Counted from the whole stretch's first letter, positions 14,692 through 27,540 are shown. The stretch is DNA of 63,961 nucleotides, filler included, from Rhabdomonas costata (GCA_019059605.1; 39 parts of 39 records of this genome joined end to end with filler, not necessarily neighbours in it), one strand, 5' to 3'. Notes: a model not told the origin generated them from the sequence alone. A program made the numbers and translations.

Positions 14692-15283
14692 NNNNNNNNN
14701 NNNNNNNNNNNNNNNNNNNNNNNNNNNNNNNNNNNTTAATTAATTAANNNNNNNNNNNNNNNNNNNNNNNNNNNNNNNNNNNNNNNNNNNNGGGGTTGGG
14801 TGGACGAGTAATTCAAAACTGCGTTCTTGCGTGCTTGCATTTGTGGGGCCTATTCTGGATAGCTGTGAGTGTCCCCACAGTACGTGCTAGATTGCGTTAT
14901 GGACTCAATAATGAGTCTTCAAAGTGAGCTTTTTTCAGTTCAAGCTCTCTACTAAATGATATTGCGTATTGACCATTGACCTTGGCGCTCTGGGAGCGCC
15001 CAATTGGGTATTGTAACTTCATGAGTTTTAACCCTAGGATGTCCAATGCGCTACAAACGGGTAGGGACGAGGGGACATTCCAGGAGATCCGTCGATGGAA
15101 GCTGCAGCCCTCTTTTTGGGACACCGAGTTGTTTTGTCATCCGCTCTCCTCCTGCGCAGCTTGACCAAAAGGAAATGATTGAAACAAGTCCTGTATTTCG
15201 TAGTTGATATCTCATCTCCAGCTTCATTTCATCTTTTTCTCTTGGGATGTTTTCGGAAGCAGTGCCTTGGCGGGCGTCCCCAG

Positions 15284-16196
15284 CGAATATTTTCCTGGTG
15301 AGTGGTGCCTTGGTCCTGCTAACATCGATCATTGTCCTGTTTTGGAACGAGAATCGCTCGGTCTCTGCTGCCTGCCTCTGCTCTTCTCTGCTGGTTGGTT
15401 TTGCCTGCGAACGACTCTGTCGTTTTCGGCGACACTTGTAGCTATAAAATCTTGCCTTTGTAAGGCAAAGCCCACCGCTCCTGAGGTAGTGAAATTTTCT
15501 AGCGCCTTGCAGCCAGAGGCGTAAGCGTTCTTTTTGTTGCCTTTCACTCACTTCCAGGTCCGATTTTGACGTGGGACAATGAGGACGTAGTGCTTATAAA
15601 AGACCAATCGGGGTTTTTCGTGCGTTGCGTTGCTGTCAGATGGGCCCTTGCCCGACTCATGGTTGTCTGCACAGGTGTACGTACCCAGGCTACTGTCTGA
15701 TGCTGAGGAGAGGGCCGTCCCCGCCTCTTGCCTGGAGGTGTTCCATGGCAACGAGGGCGCCCTGGTGAGACACGCCCCCCCCCCTCTCTTCTATCGCGGT
15801 CTGATTTTGTGAGTCTTGCGTGTGGCCGGTGGGGCGGCTTATGTTGCTGTAAAGAGAAGGCTGCGGGGTGAAGGGAGGCTGCAGGGTTGTGTGTTAACTG
15901 CATAACGATTTTTTTGGTACATCAGAGTTTAACGCGTTTGACACCCACTTCACTGGGCGCCTTCAGTGGGGCGATTGTCCATCGTTTACATGTGACGTTC
16001 TGTTTTGCTTGCTCTGTAGCCTGCATCCCAGCCTCAGTGCAGTGGTTTCCGGGCCTCTGGGCATTTTCTGCCATACACCTAGGTATACGTGCAATGTGAC
16101 TTGACGAACATGCAAACCTACTCCGAGGTCCCCTCGTTTAACATCACCGTGAGCGCCGTGTGGGTGCGCCGGATCGTTGAGATGTATCAATGGCAG
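15284..16196 (+). CDS. TMEM43: TMEM43 (DUF1625) family membrane protein, three exons (partial)
   Basis: Exons 15284-15360, 15675-15764 and 16083-16196 (GT-AG, in phase) give IIVLFWNENRS|VYVPRLLSDAEE...NEGAL|VYV...VWVRRIVEMYQWQ, matching the TMEM43 motifs LFWNEGR, NEGxLV and RxVEMYQW. Confidence 0.8.
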
Positions 16197-16806
16197 GTGG
16201 CAATGCTTTCTGTATTTGGGAGGTTTGGGCTCCGGGTGGTTGGGAACGTCAACTTGCTCTTCAATGGGTTCTGGATTTTGTTACACTGTGGATTCCGTTG
16301 CAGAGCAAGTTGACGTTCCCAACCACCCACCAACNNNNNNNNNNNNNNNNNNNNNNNNNNNNNNNNNNNNNNNNNNNNTTAATTAATTAANNNNNNNNNN
16401 NNNNNNNNNNNNNNNNNNNNNNNNNNNNNNNNNNTTTTGGTTTTGCCTGAGGAAGGGCTTAGGGTGGAGGTTAAGGTTAGGAAATTTGGAATTCGCGACC
16501 TTAGCAGTGGGCGAACGTATCCTTCCAAATCCTCTTGTCCGATCCAACAAATACTCTTGTCCGCCCCCCCCCCCTACTAAAAAATTGCTGCGGATTTGGG
16601 ATATAAATGTTTTTTTCCAACATCGCTGTTTTTTTGGGGTGGGGGGTGTCCCAAATATTGGCAAAATTTGTTGGCCAACCCCTCACAATGGTCAGGGTGG
16701 GGACGGGAGATTTCCCTGTCACTCGGCAGTCGCAGGAGTCCATCTGAACATTTTTTGGAAGTATGGGCGGAAATGTTGACTGGGTTTCCTCTGGCTTGCA
16801 TTTCAG

Positions 16807-17680
16807 GTACAACCCGTACACGGCGTACCACACCTACACCATCCGAATGGCGAAGTCGGGGATCTCGTTCTACATCGACGCCCCAGGAGGCGGGTTTGAC
16901 GTCGACGCCGTCACCCCGGTGCAGCACTTCCCCGCGTCGGATTACCCGGGGATGCAATGTATGTGAGGGGATGACTTTTTCTAGCTGTCTGCGTTCGCGT
17001 TCTACCTCAAAAGGAAGAGATCCCCGACACCAACCACCGCATGACGGAAACTGTCCTTTTTCTTTAAATCTGCGAGTGATCCAGCAAGTATCCATCGGTG
17101 TACCTTACCGGATAACGGCTTCAAGAGCAGCCACGACAACCACGTCAAACTCAGGACCCAGGCAAAGGGCGATCATGCTCCGCGGGTGCTTACAAACTGC
17201 AAGCCTGTTGGAACCCTAATGCGCGCATTTATTTCATAAAGGTTCGGTAAACTTTGAAGTGAAAGGGGCGATAGTTCTTCTCTTGTTGGGGAAATTCGTT
17301 GGTATTGCTTTCGTTGTTCTCAAACAAAATCCTCTTCGGCCACTTTTTCAAAGCCGGCTCAGCATTTAGCGTTTCAGAAACCTTTGCTGTGAGGTCTCTT
17401 CTCTGTGAAAGAACAACCGAAAGCAAAATATTGTGTATCTTCTCTGTTCATTGACTTGTTCGGGCGAGAAGGCTGTTGGATGCAGATTCTATCTGTCTCG
17501 CTTCTTTGGGGGCTCGCCGTCGTTTCTGTTTCGTTTTCGCTTTCTTTTGGCAAGCCTTCCCCACGTGCACACAGCCATTGGGCCGCAGATGCCCGGAGGG
17601 GAGATCGAGTGGTTCCCGCGGTACGGCAGCTACATCGGGCAGAACTGGAGCCTGGGGTGCTCGCAGTTCATGATGAACAT
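16807..17680 (+). CDS. Probable GH16 / ConA-like glucanase, two exons (partial)
   Basis: Exon 16807-16958 (YNPYTAYHTYTIRMAKSGISFYID, cf. GH16 FHTYxIxWxxxxIxFYVD) joins exon 17575-17680 (...FMMN) in phase 1. The catalytic ExDxE motif is not in the contig. Confidence 0.5.
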
Positions 17681-17900
17681 GTGTGTATCTGTGTGTGTTC
17701 ACGTGCACGCGCAGGGGTTCCGGGAGGTACCTTGAACTTTGAAGGTGGTTGTGGGAGGGTTTGAAACCGTTCATTATGTGTAAGTATATAAGGCATAACT
17801 TCGGTAGACGGGTCATAGGGCGAAGCACGAATTATATCAAGAGTCACTGGAAGTAACCATCAAGGATACAGCAGAGTAGTGCAATAAGGGATCAGCACGA

Positions 17901-17962
17901 TACCCCTACACCTACACCACCTACCCCTACCCCTACCCCTACACCTACTACAAACAGCCTAC
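17901..17962. repeat. Degenerate CTACAC/CTACCC hexamer microsatellite
   Basis: Visible tandem cctaca/cctacc units. Confidence 0.8.
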
Positions 17963-18861
17963 TACACACAAAACACANNNNNNNNNNNNNNNNNNNNNNN
18001 NNNNNNNNNNNNNNNNNNNNNTTAATTAATTAANNNNNNNNNNNNNNNNNNNNNNNNNNNNNNNNNNNNNNNNNNNNGTGGTGGGTGTGTTTGGTTGGTG
18101 GTTGAAAAAGTAAACATGGAGATCAGGAGCAAAGCGAAGCCAAGGGGATAACTATGCGCAGAAGCAACACATGTTGTGAGCTAGGATGAGGGATGAAGGG
18201 GGGTGGGGGGCGGAACGTTACAGGCAAGGTAAGAGTGACGTACACATTATTGTTCCCTGTAGCCCACACTGGTCTTCCTTGCCTTTCTTCTTCCTGGTTT
18301 TTTTGCTGACTCCTGCTACCGCAAGAACTTTTGTGCCGCAGTGCTGATGTGTTTCATTGTCCCTCTAGCGTTGTACGGTGGCTAGGTTTTTGAGGAATAA
18401 TTGTGGTAGAGGGCGAAGCCCCACCCCACTTTTTCTGCTGTATTATGTCAACTAAAATATTCTTAATATGTGGGATCTCGGGATCTTTGGTTCGCACACC
18501 ACAATTGACATGCAATAGCAGGCTTTGCCTCGGGCGGCCAGCTTAGTCGGAATTAGTATTATGGTGTCCAGTTGGGCCAACACTACCTCATCCTGTTCGT
18601 GGAGAGTCTCTCATGCAAATCCGTTACTTAACATGAAGCCGGAGCATTTCCTGACCATTTTGTCATTCTCCCAATGGGTTGGCTCTTCTGCGAAGTTGAT
18701 GCCTTCCCCCCTGAGCGCGCGATGTTCAGTGTCGCCAGCGCATAAGTATGCTTGTGGTCGTGGGCTGAGAAACCGAACGATGGAGGTTGAAGTGAGTAAG
18801 CAAGTGCGTTGAATTTGCAGGGATCACCGTTCCTTTCATTTATCCTGTCGTCCAATCGCAG

Positions 18862-19433
18862 TACTTTAACGAGAACACGGGCTTGGTTGAGCTGGGGCTG
18901 GACTACGGCATCCCCACCACGGACATGCAGGCTGCCCATCGCATCTCCATCTTCACGACTGTCTACACCGTCAGCAGTTTTCTGCAGAGCTTGCTGGACT
19001 CTCCCGATCAGAGGCTCTTCGTGTTCTTCCGCACTCCTGCGGGGACACTGATCGGGGCCTCCCACGGGAAGTACTTCTCGCACAGCGACGTGGACTTCAG
19101 CGAGAACAACCCCATCACCAATCCTCCTCCCGTGGGGGAGTTCCAGAGGTCCATTTTCGTCAGTCTTCTTTCGACTCGCTTAGCAACCAAACTGCCCTTC
19201 TTCGATGCGCGATGGCTGTTTGTTGTGGTGCCCACCCATCCACCTTAACCATTAGTACAACGCACTTTGTTTTGTGGCCACGTGTTGTTAACCTGTTGTT
19301 TAGGTACACCCCGGTGAACTCCACTGACCTCACTATTGAGGCCGCAGGGTCCTGGCTGCTGGCGACGTTCTTCTCTTGGGCGGCCATCCCGGATCTGGAC
19401 ACAGTGCAGGTCTTAACCGGCGAGAGCTACTGG
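18862..19433 (+). CDS. Two exons of a putative extracellular (Cache-like) sensor region, possibly of a receptor-type cyclase
   Basis: Exons 18862-19148 and 19304-19433 join in phase 2 (AG|gt...ag|G): TVSSFLQSLLDSPDQRLFVFFRTPAGTLIGASHG. The function is a weak inference. Confidence 0.4.
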
Positions 19434-20152
19434 GTGCATGCAGCTGTCATTTCCTCGAAGGTGTGATCCATTCAATTGCGTTTCTTTTGACTTTACAACC
19501 ATTTCCTAACACCGAAGGTGCATTTTTCTTTGAAAGGAAAATATTGGTAGAAACGGTAGAGAGTTTGGAAACATGAAACGTTCTGTTGCTGTCCCCTGGA
19601 GTATAAGAGTGTGCCACAAANNNNNNNNNNNNNNNNNNNNNNNNNNNNNNNNNNNNNNNNNNNNTTAATTAATTAANNNNNNNNNNNNNNNNNNNNNNNN
19701 NNNNNNNNNNNNNNNNNNNNAGTGAGGGGACATGCAAATAAGAAGAAGAAGGCATGGACGCCCCACAAAAGGAGTGAGAGGTGGTGCAAGACTGAGTTAC
19801 CCCCCGTGTTCTGCGTTACAAGTCCCAAAACCTCATCACTACGCTAAGTTGGGCCGAAGTTGGCGTTGGCAACTTGCGTCAGGGACAAGATCCAAGGGAA
19901 AACAGGAAAATGAGTGAGTGGTCAATGAACAAATCATTAATGCATGCAAGAGGTAAAAGGTAGACCAACTGGGAAAGTGCGTGTGTGAGTGAGGGGACAT
20001 GCAAATAAGAAGAAGAAGGCATGGACGCCCATGCCTGATATCAATGCAATTGCATGCCAGATCGGTTCTCGCTGGAGACGTGTGTGGCCGCTCGACTGAA
20101 CGACAGGTGAAAGTAGGCAGCTGGGAACAAGGAAGCTGACGCACAAACATAC

Positions 20153-20316
20153 CATTGCCGTCTGAATGGCACGCAGCTTGGCCTCCGTGTACATCCGCGG
20201 GCCTGTATAGGATTCCGTGTCACAAGAAGGTCGTGCAGCCGCAGGGACACATCCCTGGTCTCCAACACCACCCTGTGGACAAGCAACATTTGGGAGTATG
20301 AGGTCGCCACCCACAC
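20153..20316 (-). CDS. Single exon, unknown protein
   Basis: cag|GTGTGGGT...GCAATG|gtatgt with an open frame VGGDLILPNVACPQ...EAKLRAIQTAM. Confidence 0.35.
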
Positions 20317-20521
20317 CTGCAGATCATGGAAAGGCAGCACAAAGGGATTCGGGTGCAGAACTATGCTAGCGCAAGCGACAGGAGCTCCGCTTCCCACCAC
20401 CCCACTGGAGAGTTGGTAAAGCACAATCGCCTCATTTTTCTTTTGTTGCACCACAACCGCGCTCACTTGATCTTCATACTATCTCTTCTGTTTTTATCCA
20501 TTCTAATGTATGACTTTTCTC

Positions 20522-20557
<36 letters not shown>

Positions 20558-21379
20558 ATTGGCTCACCTCATTTTCTACCCTTAAAGCCTCGATCAACCC
20601 GAAAATCGGCACTGAAATACAAGAACCGCATCGTGGGCAGTGGTGGTCCGCTCGCGGTGGATATACTTTGGATGCATGGTCAGACAAACGAATGGTGGGT
20701 CCCACATGCAACAGGACACTCAAACTATTCTCTAAGTAATCTGTGTGAATGGATCGCACCGAAGTATAAGGAGCACCAAACAGCATTTACAAGAAGAAAC
20801 CCAAGGAAAACCAGCAATGATTTACACCAAAACTACTTCTCTAAGTAAAGGAATAGAGAAAAATGTTGCCGCACCGGAATTATTCAGATGCGAAAGGCAA
20901 GGCAAGCAGGAGTGACCTGTGAAGGAGCCACAGCTTGTCCACACTTCTTTGCATAGACCGTTTTCTGGGAACGGGAAAAAATACATGACGGAAATGAGCA
21001 ATCGGAGCACTTATCTGGAAGCAAATTGCTGGTGAGTTTCGAAAATGTTGCTGTGCCTCACAGAAGGCAATGCAGAGCATGCCTTTCAAATGTCACATCA
21101 GTTGCCACGGATGACCATGTCGCCTTACCCTTATCAAGATGACACAATTGCTGCCTTTCGAAAGAGTGAATTCTGTGGGGAGAAGTTAAAAACGACAAGG
21201 TGCTAAAAAGCTGTCAGATGCTCACTCACATTCGCACCGTACCCCCCCCACCAACACCACCACANNNNNNNNNNNNNNNNNNNNNNNNNNNNNNNNNNNN
21301 NNNNNNNNTTAATTAATTAANNNNNNNNNNNNNNNNNNNNNNNNNNNNNNNNNNNNNNNNNNNNTTTCTTAATTGGTTT

Positions 21380-22340
21380 TTGTTTGAAGATAGGGGTGCG
21401 GCGTGCGGAGAAACCAGTTCAAGGGGGTTTCGGAGGTTGAAAGGGAAGGAGCAGTTGGAGGAAAACGAACATGTGAGAGGACGGGAAGGAAAAGGGGCGT
21501 GGGTGGAACTTGTCGCAGGGATGGAACCTGTGAATAAGTTTCGTTTCGGGAAAAACAAAGCAGCCGGACTTGAAGGCAGCATTCGCGAAAAAAAATTTTG
21601 GAGGTCGTAGATCACGAAAAAAAAACCACAAACTTTGGAAGCTCGAAGGTACCAATTTCAGCAGAAAAGGCCTAATTTTAAGGTTAACATGACCGTTTCC
21701 TTCGGAAACTTTGTGATATGCGGCAGTGGAGTCCGTGATGAGGCACAGGTGACTGAACTTCCTCAGGCAAGCTTGTCGTATACAATGGAAGAGACCCTAC
21801 AGCTCGCTTTTGGCTTTTGACCCACCTGGGCGCCACAACGGAGGTCAGCATCCGAGAGTGCTGGTTTGTGCCAATTCGAAAGGTGTATCGGGGGCGGGGT
21901 CCAGATATATGGGTGGGAAGGAAAGTGGATATGGAGGAGAAGGTAACAACGCAGGGAGGTGCACGAGGATAAAGCGCTTGAGCAAGGGAGGCCAAAGTTG
22001 AAGTGGAAAGCAGCGTGGAAGCGTTTTCCTCTTTACAAGGTGATAAAGAGGGGCAAGGAAGCCACTTCAGTAGATGGCCGGGAAAACCATTGACCGAACA
22101 CGGAGAAGGCGCACACACGATGCAGCGCAGAGAAAGAGGGCTGTTGGCGAAGAGAACAGTTTCGAGAGAGTGGAAGAGGGATTGGAATTCAGATGGAGGA
22201 TGGAGGATTCGATTTGCCTAGCCAGATGATATTTGAGATAGTGGAACTCTTCTCGTACAGCAAGCCAGCTCTCTGCGCAGAAGTGCGTGCAAAAGGTCAT
22301 TGTGTGACAGAAGAAGGTCAACGCTGTACTGAAAGATAGT
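21380..22340 (+). mobile_element. Heavily decayed non-LTR retrotransposon reverse transcriptase relic
   Basis: Intronless and purine-rich, with degenerate motifs in the expected order: KNKAAGLEG (cf. KAxGxDG), LAFGF*P (cf. QxGFRP), FA*PDDI (cf. YADD), QLSAQK. Many stops and frameshifts. Confidence 0.4.
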
Positions 22341-23009
22341 CGGGGAAATTGCATTGGAGAGGTTCATGGAGAGACTGATTGTGAGTGAGCAAGGAGAGGA
22401 GACCAGGTCCAGCCGAAATGTAACCGCAGAGAAGAGAGTATTCGTTAATCCGATCCAATGCTGAGTATTGCTGAGTAGGGCCCTCCCTCCGCGGCACCTA
22501 AGATCGGGAGGTGTCCCAGTGCGTGCATGTTCCCTCTCGGTGGATGCGTCCCAGTGGTGCGTGCGTGCGTCCTCGAGTCGGGATTTCCCCGACGTACCCC
22601 CCACCCCCCAAAAAAATTGCGCGGAAATCTCTTCTTCGATTCTATACGACGCCAGAATAACTCCCTCTTCGGGTTCAGGCCCGCTGAGGACAATGCTCAA
22701 CCGCCCGCACTTTATCTCCAATCCCCACAGGCAACTCGCCTTCAAAAAACTAAACCAGGAAAAACCCCATGATGCTATACCACGGAGGAAGCAACCAGGA
22801 AGACCTTTGGTGAACACAAATAATAATCTGTTCATGACACTGTCTTTGAGGAATGTTGCTGAAGCACTGGATGGGAAAAAACCTTCCGCCAAACGTCCCC
22901 CAACACANNNNNNNNNNNNNNNNNNNNNNNNNNNNNNNNNNNNNNNNNNNNTTAATTAATTAANNNNNNNNNNNNNNNNNNNNNNNNNNNNNNNNNNNNN
23001 NNNNNNNGG

Positions 23010-23847
23010 TTGTGTTGCGGTGGTAATCAGTCAATCAATCTTCTCGTTACGGACTTGGTGTCTGCTGGGCTACTCAAGTCTGCGCCTACATGCTCTTGCT
23101 GCCCCGTGACGATGGTTCTTTATCCTTCACACCCGGGGAAATGGTATTGTCCTACAAATAAGTGTTCCTCTACGAAGGCCGTGGTCACTGAGGGGTGCTT
23201 TCTGTAGAAGAAGCGGAAGTTCTTCAACGTTTTTCTTGTGTCAGTGGAGTATGGGCCGTAGTCAGAACGACACCGTACGGAGAGTGGCCTGTCTCGACGC
23301 GCCGTCAACTCCCTGCTGCAAGAATGGAGAGATGTAATCAGCGAGTTTTTCCCCTGTGAATTTGGGGTTCGACACACTGTTGGTTGAGAAAGATGAGTTC
23401 GCGATAGGAAAAAGAAAATATTAGCAGGGCAAGAGGCAGAGGAGTGGAGGGATTGCTTGGGTTCAGTCTATTTTAGAGGTTGACGAGTCGCGTTCCGGAG
23501 AGAGATCTGCTCAGAGGTTGCGTGCTTTGGTTGTTCCTTCCAGAGACACCCACACGTGAAATGCAAACATCCTCGAAACGGTCTCTCCTGGTATTACTGT
23601 ACAGAGGGATGGTTGGGCTGCGTATCATGGGTCGAAGAGTGTTCAGCACGACTCTGTGAACCACTCTAACAGCTGGGTTGTTCACAGAGACGGCAGAGAA
23701 ATCACAACAAATACAGTGGAAGGGACGCATTCTTCCTTGCGGAGACTGTTTTACGGTTGCCCTTCTGACATGCTTCAGAAAAGAGTGTTCAAATTGAATC
23801 ATAGAAGTGAGAGGAGCAACATGTGTTTTTTCGCTTACTTTTGTTGA
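23010..23847 (+). mobile_element. Merlin (IS1595/ISXO2-like) DDE transposase pseudogene
   Basis: N-terminal Zn ribbon GLLKSAPTCSCC...WYCPTNKC; VEKDEFAIGKRKY*QG; VVPSRDTHT*; VSPGITVQRDGWAAY; HDSVNHS...TTNTVEGTHSSLR. Stops at 23205, 23422 and 23557, plus a frameshift. Confidence 0.85.
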
Positions 23848-24914
23848 AATACCCTTGTGTGCCTCTTGAGTCCGTAGAACTGATGTTTGCGAAGTTGCAT
23901 TTATGACTTCTGAACACATCTGCCGGTATTTTATGTGGCCTTCTTCCGACTTCAACTCTCGGTGGGACCTTAGAATCCGATGCCTCTATCTATTTTCCCA
24001 AGACTCAACACACACACACACAAACACATACACACACGCACTGGCTTCCCACTCTTTCCCCCATTTCCTCATTCCTCTGCTCGTCACCGGCATTTCATAC
24101 TTCCGGTGGTTCGGAGGCTTTTCTTGTCTTCTCGTTTTCTGCCAGGAATACTCAACCCTGCTTCCTCTGACCGCGGGAGTAGCACCGTGGCTTGGTTCCC
24201 ACGCTCTCCGCGGGATCACCCACTATGGAGTTTTGTTAGATTCTTTCCTGCGCCTTGTATGGCTGCTGCAGGACTCCTCTGGCTCGTGTGCCATGGAGGC
24301 TCCGATTTTTCAATTCGGGGAACTCGACACACACATAGTGCACTTGCCCAAGCCGACTTTTTTCCGGGGAAGACTGGACACACACATACACTTGAGCTGA
24401 CTTTTTGCGAAGACAAAACACATAACCATCTTAACAGGCAAGCTGCAAAAAGCACCCTGCACGGGAGAAACAACGGTTTCACACACACACACACACACAC
24501 ACACAGAGCTGGGTGTGAAGGGAAAACCCAACCCAAACACACCTACCACANNNNNNNNNNNNNNNNNNNNNNNNNNNNNNNNNNNNNNNNNNNNTTAATT
24601 AATTAANNNNNNNNNNNNNNNNNNNNNNNNNNNNNNNNNNNNNNNNNNNNGGTTTTGTGGGTCAGAAAAAATAAAGATTCGGAAGGCAAACTCTGGCGCA
24701 GTCTTAGATTAAGGAATAGCAATCCGATCAAACCACATGTGATGAAAGCTCGTGGATGGATGGGAAGGAAAAATCCATGGAAACATTCATGATACAGTGC
24801 ACCCCAGGAACAGAACACATCTACGTCGTGGCTCCTTTAACCCCCTCCCCAAACCTCCTGTCATCGCTGCTCCTGCTCCGTTGCGGATCCTCTATCAGCC
24901 CCAATCCCAAAAAC

Positions 24915-25224
24915 CTGAGAATGAGTGCGACAGGGCCCGCGCTGGCCTCTACGGAGGGCTGCGCCTGCAAGTCAACAATGGCTGGCAAGGCGTACGCCAA
25001 CGTTTTGCCCGAACCTGCAAAAAAAACACCCACAAAACCTCAAGCAGGAAATACAGGCATGGGCATCGATACTGTCGGGCGCAGAAATCGGCTCGAATCC
25101 ATCACGGACGATGGAAAGAGGAGGAGAAAACAAAATGAAAAGCTACCTGTCTCAGCCAGTCCGACACAGTCCCGGCCGGACAGCAGCAGGGGCCACAACA
25201 GAGACTGGATCGGTGTGGGCCCAC
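24915..25224 (-). CDS. DEAD-box RNA helicase, DDX5/DBP2-like, two exons (possibly degenerate)
   Basis: Exon ~25224-25147 [25 protein letters not shown] joins exon 25014-24915 [20 protein letters not shown]...GPVALIL (Q motif plus Walker A) across a GT-AG intron. An in-frame TGA just upstream of PTPIQ makes the 5' edge uncertain. Confidence 0.8.
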
Positions 25225-26309
25225 CTCACCGAAGCGCACTCCATCAAAGCTGAGCACGACCTGTCCGCAACAGTGACAGGAAACCGTCCACCCCGAGCCA
25301 AAAAAAAGATGAGAGGGGACGCGAGATGAAGTGCAAATAGCCTATGTACAGAAAAGCAAACAAACTGTTTGATTGTCCGGGACATTTTGCCGCCAACGAC
25401 CAGGAATCATCCTTCGTTCTCCACTCCAAGTCAGGGGCGGAAAAAAAACTTGAACAATGTGTTGAACGACCAGATCGCTACTCTTTCTCAGTTTATAAAA
25501 AACTGCGTGAAGCTGGCGGCAATTCCTGGAACCCTCTATGCAAACCTCAACGTTTGAATGTCCAGTCCCTGTTGATCTGGTTGACCTGCGCCTGCATTTC
25601 CAACAAAAACAATGCCTAGTCTGTCACGGTGGGACAGACACATGAAAAAGAAAAGAGAACGGAAGCCCTGACCTGCCCCAGGGCGTTTGGGTCTGAGGCC
25701 TCCACAGCAGCCCGAGCCAAGAACTCTTCCCGCTCTGGGGGGGTGGGCCGGTGCGAAGTCAGCGCTCACCAGAGAAGTCCCGCACAAACCTCGCCTTTGG
25801 GGAAATGGGAAACCACACAGCAACAAATCCATGGAACGGAGGGAGTTCATGGAGTTCCTGGAGCTACTGGAGTGCATCTGGTGGGGTTGCTTGCACTGCT
25901 GTAGTGGAATTGCTGGCGATCTTTACTGCTTGTCCAAGTGGCCACTCGAGCCAGGCCAACACAGTGGGTAAAAAGTAGCTGAAAGATGTTCAGGGTTTTC
26001 CTCGCCTGGTGCTGAAGACCGAGATACTTGTCACCCACATTATTCCAACAAAATGCTGCGAAAATTACGGATTTTCGAAGGGGAGGACAGCAATACACCT
26101 TCCACTCCCACTCGCAAGTACGCGTCACCTATCAGGGAAAGGAAAGCACGCGCCGAGACGAGACGAAAAATGCTCGCAAATGAACAACAACCNNNNNNNN
26201 NNNNNNNNNNNNNNNNNNNNNNNNNNNNNNNNNNNNTTAATTAATTAANNNNNNNNNNNNNNNNNNNNNNNNNNNNNNNNNNNNNNNNNNNNTGTGTTAG
26301 GTGTGTCTG

Positions 26310-26659
26310 GTTTTGTTGTGTCATTGGTTACAATACATACATCACCTTCATCTACTGTAAGCGCATTTCCTTGTGCTGTAGTGTGAACAGATGCTACAGA
26401 TACTAACAGATGCAACTGTACAATCACTGAGAGATGCAAGAGATGATATTGATGAAACTGATGCATTTATCTATTGTGATAATGTTTGATCATACTGTAA
26501 AACTTGTTTATCAGTTGGATCAGTTAACGCTACATCTGGTGATGATAACGGAACATCTATTTCACCGAATACATCTGTTGGTATTTTATTAATTGAGATT
26601 GATATAACCTTACCAGATGTAGTTACAATAGCATTACCTGATGACAAAAAAGGGTTCAT
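26310..26659 (-). pseudogene. Fibre/tail-like virion protein, interrupted
   Basis: MNPFLSSG...DVALTDPTDKQVLQYDQTLSQ*INAS...LASLSDCTVAS, then frameshifted ALTVDEGDVCIVTND. Resembles the DVxxxxPxxGQVLxYxxxxxxWxN repeat of viral fibres; TAG at 26471-26473 sits where Trp is expected. Confidence 0.5.
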
Positions 26660-26703
26660 ATTATTATAATATATCCGAGATAAAAATCTAATTATATTAT
26701 ATA

Positions 26704-27492
26704 ATGAATTCTCTCTATGTGAATAATACACCTGAATCAAACAAGTATGTAAACTATAGGGGTAGTACGGTAAGAGTACATTTAAACCCCCCTATTGATT
26801 TAGACCCAAAAAAGAAATGGCAACTAAGGGTACTTCAAGCCAATGTTGTTTATTGTCAACCCAACGTAACAAGTTCATATACTGGTTTTTCGTACAAGGT
26901 TAATTGTGTAACATATAATACAACTATACCAGTTGGTGTCTATGGAATAGATGAACTTAATACAACAATAAATCGCATAACAAGCTCACAAAATGGGGCT
27001 CAGCTGTTTAAATTTGCTGGAAATCCCGCAACTTCAAAAACAATTGTGTATTTTAGTCAACCTAACACATATATAAACTGCACTAGTAACTCATTTATGC
27101 AATTATTAGGGTTTGCCAATGATGGAGTACAAATAGGAGGAGTAATAAGTACTAATTTGTCAGTAGAAAGTCCTCAACAGGCAACACTAAACAATCTTCA
27201 ATTGATTTTAGTGAGATGTAATATAACAAGTGGATCATATTTAAATTCAAATCAAAATAATATTATTTGCGGTATACCTGTAGATGTGGCACCATTTAGT
27301 CAAATTCAGCGATCATTTGTTCATCCAACCAGAAATTCTATTTTTGTGAATCGTATTGAAGTTTTAGAAATAACTCTTCTAGATCAAGACGGAAAAGAAC
27401 TTGATTTTAGCCTTGGTGGCACTTACTCTACACCTGAGGGATGGAATTTAACAATGGATGTAACCGAGTACGATCCAAAATCATTATTATGA
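26704..27492 (+). CDS. Minor capsid protein (penton, single jelly-roll) of the Polinton/PLV/adintovirus type
   Basis: Intact 262-aa beta-rich ORF with penton-type motifs in order: LNPPIDL..KWQL, IPVGVYGIDELN..IN, LLGF, ILVRCNITSGSYLN, IEVLEITLLDQDGKELDF. Confidence 0.8.
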   Translation: MNSLYVNNTPESNKYVNYRGSTVRVHLNPPIDLDPKKKWQLRVLQANVVYCQPNVTSSYTGFSYKVNCVTYNTTIPVGVYGIDELNTTINRITSSQNGAQLFKFAGNPATSKTIVYFSQPNTYINCTSNSFMQLLGFANDGVQIGGVISTNLSVESPQQATLNNLQLILVRCNITSGSYLNSNQNNIICGIPVDVAPFSQIQRSFVHPTRNSIFVNRIEVLEITLLDQDGKELDFSLGGTYSTPEGWNLTMDVTEYDPKSLL

Positions 27493-27540
27493 TCATGTGA
27501 TGAAAAAATATAATAATATTATCTGTGATATTATTATATA

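Noticed and set aside
15558-15619. Alternative TMEM43 exon (PILTWDNEDVV...)
   Set aside because: Exon 15284-15360 joined directly to 15675 gives the better family alignment, so the resemblance is probably chance.
19721-20030. 43-bp direct repeat as LTR or element ends
   Set aside because: One copy sits exactly at the contig start and no element features lie between the copies; it is likely a local duplication or an assembly effect.
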